In this document: positions 45,574-56,636 of the stretch, one piece after another
Layout of the letters: every line of letters begins with the position of its first letter
Numbering within the stretch: position 1 is the stretch's first letter
Translations under genes and position numbers: made by a program
DNA from: Dictyostelium discoideum
Taxonomy: Eukaryota
Assembly (NCBI GenBank): GCA_000004695.1
Contig: CM000152.2
Location: 3,552,001-3,616,000, forward strand
DNA length: 64,000 bases
Reading direction: 5' to 3'
Notes under the pieces: model-generated
Told to the model about the DNA's origin: nothing
Databases searched by the model: none
The model's input: only the letters and a program-made list of their open reading frames with translations

Positions 45574-46190
45574 GATCACGTTCATGTTTATTTTTGAGTG
45601 TTCTATTTATCTATACTAAATTCATGTTAAAAATAAATAAAATTAAATCGTTAAAAAATAAGAAAATTTGAATTTAATTATTCATTTTTTGTAATTGTTT
45701 TTTATATTATTTTTTCTTGCAAGGTGGAATTCCTTAAAATTGGTAAATTCTTAAAAAATGTCAAATGTAAGTATTAAGTATTTTTACTGTGAAAATTCCC
45801 AAAGTTTGTGGGGAAATTTTTTTTTTCCACTCTCTGTATTGTTGAGTATTTTAAAAAAAAAAAAAAAAAAAAATTAAATAAATAAAAAAAAAATAAAAAT
45901 AGATTGAGAAAGGGGTTTCTGTGCAACATTATAAAAAAAAAAAAAAATTAAATCAATTTTAAATTGAAATTTCATACAAACAAATAATATAATTGTAAAG
46001 AAAAAAATTATTTAATAACATTGATTTAATTACCGCTTCTATTAACAAAAGAAAATTATTTTTTATTTTTGTTTTAATTTATTTTTATTTTTTTTATTTT
46101 TTTTTATTTTAATTTATTTTCTAAATAGATAATATATATATTATAAAATTAAAAATTGATTTAATTTTATAAACAAAAAATTATTTGTTT

Positions 46191-46223
<33 letters not shown>

Positions 46224-46293
46224 TTTCTTTTCCCCTTTTTTATATTAACCTTTACAATAAAATTATAATTGTTTTTGAAAATTAAAATTCATT

Positions 46294-47796
46294 TTAACTT
46301 GGATTTAAAAATTCTTGATCAATTAAATTTGTCATTTGGTTGGGTTTCAAATTTAAGATATCAAAATGAATATTAACATTTAAATTTTTATCACATGGAA
46401 TGAAATTTGTTCTATCGTGAATATTTTCAAAATATGGACTTTCCAAAATTTCATTGACTGAATATCTATCTCTTGGATCCCAACATAGCATATTTTTTAA
46501 AAGGTCAATTTGAATTTGATTACAGCCTATAAATGTATTATTAAATGTTGGTTGAAAACTATTTTTTCTATTATATTCCATTAGGAAAAACAATAATTCT
46601 CCTTTTACAACATAAGCTCCTTCTGAAGCTTTTGGTGCACCTATTAATTTATAAATTGATTTCAAATGTTCTTTACCTAAAATTATTTTAAAAAAAAAAG
46701 TAAAAAGAAAATAAAAAAAATTAGAAATTTAAATAAATTAATTTATAATTTAAAATAATTAAATAAATAATAAAATAAAATACAAACTGTTGAAAGATCT
46801 AAATAATCTTTTACCTAACAATAGTTCTGCAAATAAAACACCAGCACCCCAAACATCAGTAGCTTCAGTATATAAAGAATCACCCCAAATTGTTTCAGGA
46901 GCACGATAAGAGTAAGTATTAGTAATATACTCCTTATTGAATAAAAAGGTAGGATCAGTATCTAATAGAAAGCAATTATTAAATTCTGTGAATTTAATAT
47001 TAAAATTTTCATCAACGAAAATTGAGTTTTCTGGATCTAAATCTCTATGGATAACTCCGGCAGAATGCATAAACTTTAAACCCATTAAAATTTCATAGAA
47101 CAATTGGCAAATATCATCTTGATCAAGCATGTTATTAGATATTAAATTCAATAATGAATATTGTGGTTGAATTGATTCAAAATAAAAATCTTCATCATCT
47201 TTTTGTTGAATCAATGTTGAATGTTGTTGTGGATTATCATTTGAACTTATAATTGAATTTAGAATAGATGTCAATGGAGGTTGATATGAATCTGAACATT
47301 TTCTTTTAAAAATACTTTGATAGGTTGAAATATGTTTACCACCTTGGAAAAGATTTTGAAAAATTAAATTTCTAATAATTCTATGGCCATTTAATTCATT
47401 ATCAAACATTCTTTTTGATAGTTTTTTTAAAATTACTCTTTTTTGAGTTTCAAAATTAAAAGCAATAAACATGATACCATTGGTGCCACAGTCTACAATT
47501 GTATTTGGATCAATTAGCATCTTTCTTGGAACAGAGATTGAACGACCATCGGTATAATAAGTTATTGTATCATTTTGATTGGATGGTGTTATTAATGTAG
47601 GTGGTGGTAACATTTGACCTTGGCCATTGCATTTTTTATAATTTTTACCAATATCAATAGTATCACTATTATTTTCAAAATCAAAAATATTATTGTCTGA
47701 ATTATCGTGATTTAGAATATAATAAATATCCATTTTTATTATAATTTGAAAAATATTATATTTAAAATTATTAAAAGTAATAGAATAATAATACAA
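46294..47796 (-). CDS. MAPK/CMGC-like protein kinase homologue with degenerate catalytic motifs (predicted pseudokinase), about 455 aa. Exon 1 is 47796..46815, intron 46814..46677, exon 2 is 46676..46294.
   Basis: Kinase subdomains are present: HSAGVIHRDLDPENSIFVDENFNIKFTEFN (HRDLKPEN with Lys->Asp, and DFG replaced by EFN), YRAPETIWG (APE), DVWGAGVLFAELLLG. After the donor G|GTAAAA and a 138-bp intron (acceptor TTTTAG|GT), the sequence continues in phase into KEHLKSIYKLIGAPK...LLKNMLCWDPRDRYSVNEILESPYF, a typical CMGC C-lobe. The Gly loop is replaced by CGTNGIMF, but a VAIK-like RVILKKL is retained. The true start may be the internal MDIYYILNH (47733). Confidence 0.75.
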
Positions 47797-48160
47797 ATAA
47801 TTAAATTATTAATAATAAAAAAAATATAAAAAATAAAAAATTAATTGTAATTGTTTTTATTTATTGTAGGATGTGCAATAAAAAAAAAAAAAATAAAAAA
47901 AATTAAAATTAAATTAAATTAAATTAAATTAAATTAAATTAAATTAAATTAAATTAAATAAATACAATTTAATTGTAATTAAATAATTATAAATAATATG
48001 TGAGACAGCTACAAAAAAAATTAAAAAGAAAGTGGTTAATCAACAAAGTAACCACAATCACACTCACCACCACCACTCAAAAATTACATAGCGATGTTTT
48101 TTTTTTTTTTTTTTTGGTGCATATTTTTTGAATTTTGCTTTTGGGAATGCAAATTTCAAC

Positions 48161-48211
<51 letters not shown>

Positions 48212-49559
48212 AATAGTGCGATATATTATTACTTGGTTTATTGCACTAAATTTTATTATGACAACACTATGACCACAAAAGTTTGTATAACTTAATTTTT
48301 TAATTTTCCATTGTTTTTTTTTTTTTTTTTAAAATTGATGTTTTTATCCTATCAGAGAAAAAATATTTTTTTAATATAAATTAGTATATAAAAATTGAAC
48401 ATTCAAAAATACACAATATGATAAAGAAAATAATTTATCCGTTCTTTTTTTTGAATTTTTTTTTTTTTTTTTGATCTAGATTTACAAATAAAAAATTATC
48501 ATTAAAAAACAAAATATGCCAATGTGTTTGGTGGTAATAATGAGATTTTTCTTTTTTTTTCTTTCAAAAATGAACCGACACGATAGAATGAATTCAATTT
48601 TAGTATTTTTTTCCTTCAAAATTGAAAAGACACAACACATTTGGTGTGTTTTTTATTTTTTTTATAATTTTTTTTTTTATTAAATTAAGAGAGTTGTTAA
48701 ATAATAATTATAATAATAAAAATAATTTTCAAAACAATTAAAATAAAGAATATATTACATCATCCAACAGAAAATACATTTTATACAATTTAATTTACCT
48801 TTAATATTTATTAAATTGAATTTATAAATTTTAAATAAATAAATAACTTTTATTTTTGTTAATTATTTTTTTTTTTTTTATAAAAGGTTGTTATTAAAAA
48901 ATTTTTTGTTTGGTTTTTTTTTTTTTTTTTAAATTTAAAAAAAGAATGTTAACTTATAGATCACTTTGCTAATGCCAGATAGTAATGAAATTAAACCATA
49001 GAAACTATTAAAATATTTTAGTGGTGAATTTTTTTATATTGCCTTGAATCAAGAGATTCTTGCTGCCTATGGCTGTTTGCCTATTTTTTCGTGTGCGACC
49101 ATTTGGTAAACTTGACATTTTAGGCTGCACCATGGTGATCGGCGACCACCACATACAAAGACTTAATTGAAAAAAAAAATTAAAATTTTATTTTTTAAAT
49201 TAGGCTCGTGACCAAATAAAAAACGCTTCAAACATACAACGAAATAAAATAAAATAAAATAAAATAAATAAAAAAATTATTTGTAATAATATTTTAAAAA
49301 ATAAATATTAATTTTAAAATTAATCAATTATTCTTAAACTATTATTTTATATAAATAAATCATTATTACCTTATTTAATTAAATAATATAAACAATTATT
49401 TTATTATTTTAATTTTCTATTAAATAAATTTGTTTTTTTATTTTTGTTTTATTTTTTCTTCATCTACAAGAATCATATTCTATATGTTAATGATTATTGA
49501 CTGTATTGTTGCGCATATGGTGATTTTTTTTATCTTTTTTTTTTTTTCTTTTTAAATAA

Positions 49560-50280
49560 TAATTTAATACAACTTTGTATTCACCTAAAAAAGATTTTGA
49601 ACAAGTCTATCACTGGATTTCTAGTTTCTCTGTAATACCAATAATAACAAGACGAATAGTTACACTAGCATCGTAGCAAAACCTTTGATTACCATAGAAT
49701 CAGAGATTAAAAATGGGTCAATATTCTCTTGTACTTGACCTTTCTTAATTGGGTCATATTCAGCAGTGATTGATGATTCATCATAAGTCATGTTGATAAT
49801 CAGCGTTAGCATGTAAAGCAACTTCAATTGATCTAATAGAATAAAGCATTTCTAGTGGTACAACATTCTTTGCTAATTAAACCATCACAAGCGGTTTCAT
49901 GATTTTCAAATACCACAGCGATAGATCTTTTCAATGATACATTTCGACAGAATTGGTTATCATATTTCAAGAGGGCACACTCTTCCAAAGGTTTCAATAC
50001 TTTTCAAACACCGATTGTGATGATTATAATTTTCTCTTTATTAAATTGGATAACTCTTCAATCATCATTCTCCAATTTTTGAAAATAAAAAAACAAAATT
50101 AGTAAAAATAATTAATTTATTTGTTCATTCATTTATTTTATTTATTTATTAATTTAATTTTTTTTTTTTTTTTTATTTTTATTTTTTTTTAAAAAAAAAA
50201 AAACAACCTACATTCATATGATATGGTGAACTTTTTACTTGTTTTACTATTTTGGTTGACCATATCCCCTGAATTATTTT
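49560..50280 (+). mobile_element. Left arm of a diverged inverted repeat. It is a copy of the interspersed GC-richer element, in inverse orientation to 54535..55650.
   Basis: 49961..50075 (...ggtttcaatacttttcaaacaccgattgtgatgattataattttctctttattaaattggataactcttcaatcatcattctc) is the reverse complement of 54820..54915, at about 85% identity. 50215..50280 is the RC of 54535..54600. AT-rich insertions separate the blocks. Confidence 0.6.
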
Positions 50281-51666
50281 GATTGGACTAAAAAAAAAAA
50301 ATAAAAAAAAAAAATAAAAAATTGTGAATGATAAATATTAAATATATTATTTTTTTTTTTTTTTTTTTTTAAATAAATAATAATTTAATACAATGTGGTA
50401 ACAATTGTGAATAAAAAAATAATAATTAATTCATTTTATGGTCAAACATCAAAAAATAAAAAATAAAAAAAGATCTGGCCAATTTTTTTTTTTTTTAACG
50501 TTGCGATAACTTTTTTTTTTTTTGATTTTTTTTTTTTTTTTTTTTTTTGATTTTTTTTTTTTTGATTTTTTTTTTTGCTTTTTATAAACTTTTTTTTTTT
50601 TCTCAACGTTTTCTGTATAAATTTTTTAAAAAATTGTTGGTGCAGTTAATTAATAAATAAAAAAATATAAAAAAAAAAAATTTTAGATTATTAATTGTTT
50701 TCTTTTTTTATTTTTATTTATTTTTTTTTTTAAAAAGCTCATTATTTTCTTTAAAAGGATTATAATGAGAATTGGATGGGTGGGAGGGGGTTATATTACC
50801 TATTTTTTAAGAAGATTTACTTTGTTATACCTTTTCTTTCAATGGTAACTATTGATAAAAAAATAAAATTATAATAATAAAATTAAAATTCAAATATTAA
50901 TTTTTTTTTTTTTTTTAATTTTAAAGATTAGTTTATGGTAGAGAAAACTTCCTAAAGAGCAACAAAGGTTCTGATTGGATAAACTTCAATTTACGGCAAT
51001 GGTACTTTAAAGTTTCCAAAAAGATTGTCCCAAAAGGTACGGCAATGGTGCTATTGGAACAAAAATATAACCAGCAACAATAAAAAAAAAATAAAAAATA
51101 AAAAAAAAAATAAAAAAAACTATTTCTTCTTGTGTTTGTTTTATTTATTCCTTTATTACTATACATTTTTTTTATATACCTCTTTGTTTTATTATCTTTT
51201 TTATCATTAAATTAGTGATATAAATCAAATAATAGTTTTATTTTTTTTTTTTTTTTGTTTTTTTTTTTATTATTTTTTTTTTTTTTTTATTACTATACAC
51301 ACCAAATGTGTTGTGTCTTTTCATTTTTCAAACCAACAAATACTGCATTTGCAATAATCTTTTTAATTATGTTGTGTTTATTTTTTTACATTACCAAAAA
51401 TTACTATTTCACCCAAACAGTGGTTGGTAGTGTTGTTATTTTTTTTACTTATATTTTTTTATTTTTTTATTTTTTTAATTTTTTTTTTTATGTGAGAATT
51501 AAATTAAAATACAAAAAAAAAATAAGAATAAAACCATTTTTTGTATATTTTTTCTATTTTCCCACGAAATCACAGAATTGTTGACCCCCAATGAGTGGTT
51601 TTTGTTTTTATAATTTTTTATTTTTTTTTATTTTTTTCAATTCATACACACAAAATAAAATCATAA

Positions 51667-51704
<38 letters not shown>

Positions 51705-52055
51705 CCACTCTTAAAAACAAAATAAATATTTTTAAATTAAAATAAAAATAACAAAAATCTATTTTAAGAAAAAAAAAAAAAAAAAAAAAAATAAAAAATT
51801 ATAAAAAAATTCTCGGCATCTCTGAAAAAATTATTCCCAAATTTTTTGGAAAAAAAAAAAAAGAAAATAAAAAAATTTAATTTGATCATCCAAAACATAA
51901 AAAAAATTAAAACAAATTAAAAAAAAAATATACATTAATTTTTTTTTTTCTTTTCAATTATTTTATTTTTATTTTCACACAACCAATTAATTTATATTCA
52001 TATATTAAATAATAATAAAAAAAAAAAAAAAAAAAAAATTATATAAATTTTTGAA

Positions 52056-52451
52056 ATGGTAAAAAATAGTGAACATCTACCATGGTATTTAGGCAGTGAC
52101 TCTGCAACCGCTGCTTCCACAGCAACTGATGCCACCTCTGCAGATGGTGCCGCCTCTGAAACTGATGCCGCCTCTGCAACTGATACCACCTCTGCAACTG
52201 ATCCCACCTCTGCAACTGATCCCATTGCCACTACCAATACCACCGGCATTACATCCAGTGGTCCTACTACCAACGGTAGAAGAGGTAGACCATATATATC
52301 AACACCACCAAATCGTTGCTATGATTGTGGAAGAACCAGATCTCCATATTGGAGAAAAGGAACCTACAACGGCCAAGTTGTACATCTTTGCAACGCTTGT
52401 GGTTTAAATCATATCAAAATCGCAAAAAAATCATCAGCAATATTTTTGTAA
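52056..52451 (+). CDS. GATA-type zinc-finger protein (short, single C-terminal GATA finger), at least 131 aa
   Basis: RRGRPYISTPPNRCYDCGRTRSPYWRKGTYNGQVVHLCNACGLNHIKIAKK matches the C-x2-C-x17/18-C-x2-C finger and basic lead-in of the other two GATA genes here. The N-terminal part is an 18-bp in-frame tandem repeat encoding (TSATD/ASATD)n with unusually GC-rich codons. Confidence 0.7.
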   Translation: MVKNSEHLPWYLGSDSATAASTATDATSADGAASETDAASATDTTSATDPTSATDPIATTNTTGITSSGPTTNGRRGRPYISTPPNRCYDCGRTRSPYWRKGTYNGQVVHLCNACGLNHIKIAKKSSAIFL

Positions 52452-53289
52452 TTTAAAATCAAAACAATTTTATTTAATTTTACTTTTCAAAAAAAAAAAA
52501 AAAATAATAATAATAATTTGTATTAACAAATAAATAAATAAATAAAAATATAGCAATAAAGATTAAAAATTAAAAACACATAAATTATTTATTTTTTAAT
52601 ATTTCTTTTTTTTATTTATTTATTTTTAATAATTTAAAAATTAATTTTGGATATAATCCACACTTGATCCTGTTGATGTTGCAGTTTTTGCTAAAATGTT
52701 TGTCAATTGTTTTTTTATTTTTTATTTTGTAAATGAGTTATAAAAGCATTTAGAGGTAAATCAATTGTTTTTTTATTTTTTATTTTGTTTTTTTTAAGTT
52801 TTATAAATTTCTATGGGGAGTCGCACAGAAAATAAAATAATAAAAGAAAAATAAAAAAATAAAAAAAAACAAACCCACAAAATTACTTTTCACCACCTTT
52901 AATGCTGAAATTTTTACGTCAGACCCCTTATAAATTTCTTTATTTCTTTATTTATTTTATTTTTTTTAAATATTCATATTAAAAATAAATAAAATTAAAT
53001 CGTTAAAAAATTAAAATAAAAAATTTTGATAAATAATTATTTATCATTCATTTTTTGTAATTGTTTTTTTATTTTGAAGACAACAAAATGGAAGATTTTT
53101 TAAAAAAAAAAAAAAAAAAACCAAAAAAAATTGATTTATTTGGAATATTTTTTTATTTTATTTATGTTTTTTTTATGGAATGTGGGTTTTTTTATTATCT
53201 GTATTTTTTTTCTCTCAAAAAAGAAACGACACTACACATTTGTTGTATGAATTTATAAAACCTTAAAATTAAATATAAAAAAAAAAATA

Positions 53290-53401
53290 AAAATAAAAAA
53301 AATAAAAATAAAAATTCCCTTTCTAAAGAGTGAAACATTATGTGTCTTTTTTTGTTATTCATCAAATTTTATTTATTTTTTTTTCTATTTTTTTATAATT
53401 A

Positions 53402-53492
<91 letters not shown>

Positions 53493-53545
53493 TAAATAAA
53501 TAATACAGAAATTAAGTAAATAAAATTCGGATGGAACCTACATAA
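53290..53545. repeat. Repeat segment present in inverted orientation at 61755..62000. It flanks the 3' side of both copies of the 160-aa ORF, in different arrangements.
   Basis: RC of 61921..61990 matches 53300..53365. 53505..53545 (tacagaaattaagtaaataaaattcggatggaacctacat) is the RC of 61760..61800. Each is adjacent to a 50-70-nt homopolymer (poly-T at 53413..53482, poly-A at 61811..61870). Confidence 0.6.
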
Positions 53546-53550
53546 ATTTA

Positions 53551-54033
53551 TTATTGTCCTTGATTTGGTTGGTTTGGTTGGTTTGCTGCTGCTGCTGCTG
53601 CTGCATCATCCTCAGCGAATAACTGGGCGATGAGATTCATGTCAACTAAATCGTGAGTATTAACTGGTGTTAAAACTGCATAGTTAATATCAATATGGGG
53701 ATATTGTTTTTGTGTATATAATATGGCCTCGTCAACTTCAGCTCTGATATCCCAACCTGCTTGATCAGATCTTGCGAAAAAAATAGCAGCGGTGTCACCC
53801 ATTTTTGGGTACCATATTGGGTTTCTATTGAGTCTTGCTTTAAATCTTTTTCTGGCATTTGTTATGTAATTAGGTGAGGCGTAATCATAATTGGCACCGT
53901 TATTGGTAGCAGCCAAGGCAAGTACAGTTTGTGGTATTTGATCTAAATCTCTAATTTTTATTGCTTTTGTGACAATTACTTTTGAACAATACACACCATT
54001 GTCATTATATAAACTTGGGTTGATTGACGACAT
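53551..54033 (-). CDS. Hypothetical 160-aa protein with GC-richer codon usage, copy A. The ORF is probably repeat- or transposon-associated.
   Basis: MSSINPSLYNDNGVYCSKVIVTKAIKIRDLDQIPQTVLALAATNNGANYDYASPNYITNARKRFKARLNRNPIWYPKMGDTAAIFFARSDQAGWDIRAEVDEAILYTQKQYPHIDINYAVLTPVNTHDLVDMNLIAQLFAEDDAAAAAAANQPNQPNQGQ. The coding GC is about 40%, against roughly 25-30% for other genes here. It is 99% identical to 62124..62606, including ~200 bp of the 5' flank. No family recognised. Confidence 0.5.
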   Translation of the reverse strand: MSSINPSLYNDNGVYCSKVIVTKAIKIRDLDQIPQTVLALAATNNGANYDYASPNYITNARKRFKARLNRNPIWYPKMGDTAAIFFARSDQAGWDIRAEVDEAILYTQKQYPHIDINYAVLTPVNTHDLVDMNLIAQLFAEDDAAAAAAANQPNQPNQGQ

Positions 54034-54534
54034 TCTTGAAAAAATAAAAAAATTAAAAAAAAAAAATTTTTTTTGAAATGATTTTTATCTAAAATATTTC
54101 GAGATTTTATAAAAAAAATTAAACTTTTTTTGATTTTGCAGCGTCACCACTACTATGTAAAATATTTACAATGCATTTACAATGCAATTACATTGTGATT
54201 TGTCTTTAAGTAAATTAACGTATCCCATATTAATTTTATCTATAATCAGAGAGATATAAAACTAATTTTTTTTTTTTTTTATATCTAAAAACTAGGAAAA
54301 AATATTAAAAAATAAAAATAAAAAAATCTTTTTAATTAAAAATATTTATTCGGTCATTCATTTTTCTTTTTTTTTTTTAAAAAAAAAACAATAAATAAAT
54401 AAAGGAAAAAAAGAAATTTATGAAACTTAAAAAAAAAAAGTAAAAAAGTTTTTTTTGGAATTTATTTTTTTTTTTTTTTTATATTTATAATTCAACAATA
54501 AACAAAATCAACAACATAATGTCTAAATGATCAA

Positions 54535-54608
54535 ATAATTCTCTGGGTGAAGATATGGTCAACCAAAATATAAAACAAGTAAAAAAAGTTCAATATAGAT
54601 GTAAGTTG

Positions 54609-54639
<31 letters not shown>

Positions 54640-55650
54640 GAAAAAATAAAAACAAATAAAAAATAAATAAAAATAAAAAATAAATAAAATAAAAAAAAAA
54701 AAAATAAATAAATAAAATAAATAAATAAATAAATAAATAAATAAATTAAAAAATTAATGTATGAATTAGTAAATAAATAAATTAATATTTTTACTAATTT
54801 TTTTTTATTTATTTTCAAATTAGAGAATGATCATTGAAGAGTTATCCAATTTAATAAAGAGAAATTTATTATGGTCACAATCGGTGTTTGAAATGTATTG
54901 AAACCATAGAAAGGGTGTACCCGCTTGAAATATGACAACTAATACTCGAAATGTACCATTGAAAAGAGCTATCGCTATTGTATTTGAAAATCGTGAAACC
55001 ACTGGCGATGATTTAATTGGCAAAGAATGTGTACCACTAGAAATGGTTTAATCTATTCGATCAATAGAAATTGCTTTACATGTTCTCGCTGATTATAAAC
55101 ATGACCTATGATGAATAATCGATCACTGCTGAATGTGACCCAATTAAGAAAAGTCAAGCATAAGAGAATATGACCCATTCTTAATCTCTGGTTCTATGGT
55201 AATCAAAGGTTTTGGTACTATGTTAGTCACAGCCGTTGGTGAAATTATAATAATTTCATTCAATAGTAAACAAGTTAGCCAAAATCAACAAAAATGTTAA
55301 ATTATGTTACACTTTGAATTATACAAATTCATTATTAGTTTTAGCAAGTGAAAACTCCATTCGAGACAAAACAAGATAATATTGGTGTTGTTATTATTGG
55401 TATTACAGAGAAACTAGAAATCCAGCGATAGACTTGTTCAAAATCTTTTTTAAGCCAATACAACGCTCAATTAAATTATTATTTTTTAAAATCACATATT
55501 CACAACTATACAGTCAATAATCAAATGGTCGTACACCACCAGCTGGTGGTCAGTGACCTAATATGAGAAGACCGCAGTCTACAAATATCTAGCGAACACT
55601 GACCCATTATTGTCAAACGGCCGTCGGACACCAGCCTTTTAATTCATTAC
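54535..55650 (-). mobile_element. Right arm of the inverted repeat. It is the longest copy of the interspersed GC-richer element, with a terminus at ~55650.
   Basis: Inverse-complement matches to 49560..50280. The terminal 120 bp matches 42040..42160. It contains a short ORF (54820..55023) of no recognisable function. Followed at 55655..55720 by a small direct duplication (gatctataagttaaaaattttt x2). Confidence 0.6.
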
Positions 55651-55794
55651 CACCTGGCATTGGCAAAAGTGATCTATAAGTTAAAAATTTTTAACTTATA
55701 GATCTATAAGTTAAAAATTTTTTTTAAATTGTTTAAAAAAAAAATAAAAAAAAAAATTAATTAAATTTTCTAAAATACATTTTATACAGTTTTA

Positions 55795-55872
55795 TTTACT
55801 GTTGTAGGGAATTTTTTTTGAAATTTCGCTTTCTAAACGGCAGTGAATTTTTACACTAAAATACACTGTTTA
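55795..55872 (+). repeat. Solo copy of the 70-bp terminal inverted repeat of the MITE-like element (see 62791..63734)
   Basis: ctgttgtagggaattttttttgaaatttcgctttctaaacggcagtgaatttttacactaaaatacactgtttatac is identical to the left TIR at 62791..62866. Confidence 0.7.
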
Positions 55873-56518
55873 TACCTTTATTTATTAAATTGAATTAATA
55901 AATGTATAACTTTTTTTTATTTTTTTTAATAAATTTTTTTTTTTTTTTTTTTTTTTTATATGGATTGATGTATAAACAAAATAATTCAAAATTGTAAAAT
56001 TAATTATTAAAATTAAAAATAAAAATAATAAAAAATAATAAAAATTAATAATTAAAATTAAAAATAAAAATAATAAAAATATGAATTTTATTACTAAATC
56101 TTTTTTTTTTTTTTTTTTTAATTTTTATTCCCATTTTTCCTTTTTTTTTTTTTTTTTTTAGATTTACTGTACTTTACTTTATATTTGTCGTCAATGCATC
56201 ACTTTGAAAATTTAAAATACATAACAAAAAAAAAAAAAAAATTAAACAGTGCAGGAATTGATTTTTCAATTAAAAAAAAAGAAAAATCTCACTATTTCCA
56301 TGATTATTGTTTCTATTAATACTATAACCCCATTATTATTACCATTTATATTAATATTATTATAAATTGTTTTTTTTTTTTTTGTTCACCCCCAATAAAT
56401 TTATCACAAAATATGTCCTCATTCATTAGTTATTAAAGAAACTAAAAATAAAATAAAACAATAAATATAATTAAAATAACAAAATAAAATAAAATAAAAT
56501 AAAATAAAATAAAATAAA

Positions 56519-56636
56519 ATGTTATTAGAAATTCTCAACAGTTTAGCATCATTTTTTAGTAAGATATTCTCATTATTTGAAGGTAAAAAAGATATAAGAA
56601 AATTATTGATTGGAATTTCTGAAATCATTGGTTTTA
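56519..56636 (+). pseudogene. 5' fragment (first ~30 codons) of a third ARF-like GTPase copy, truncated by a deletion that fuses it to the antisense Tgr-like pseudogene
   Basis: atgttattagaaattctcaacagtttagcatcattttttagtaagatattctcattatttgaaggtaaaaaagatataagaaaattattgattgga matches the first ~96 nt of the ARF-like genes ([32 protein letters not shown]). From ~56604 the sequence bears no relation to ARF, and by 56650 it is the reverse complement of the Tgr-like C-terminal region. Confidence 0.7.

Noticed and set aside
52096-52407. Pro/Leu-rich ORF overlapping GATA gene 3, and the minus-strand ORF 51998..52273
   Set aside because: They are alternative frames of the GC-rich (TSATD)n coding repeat. 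The GATA frame is the one ending in the zinc finger.
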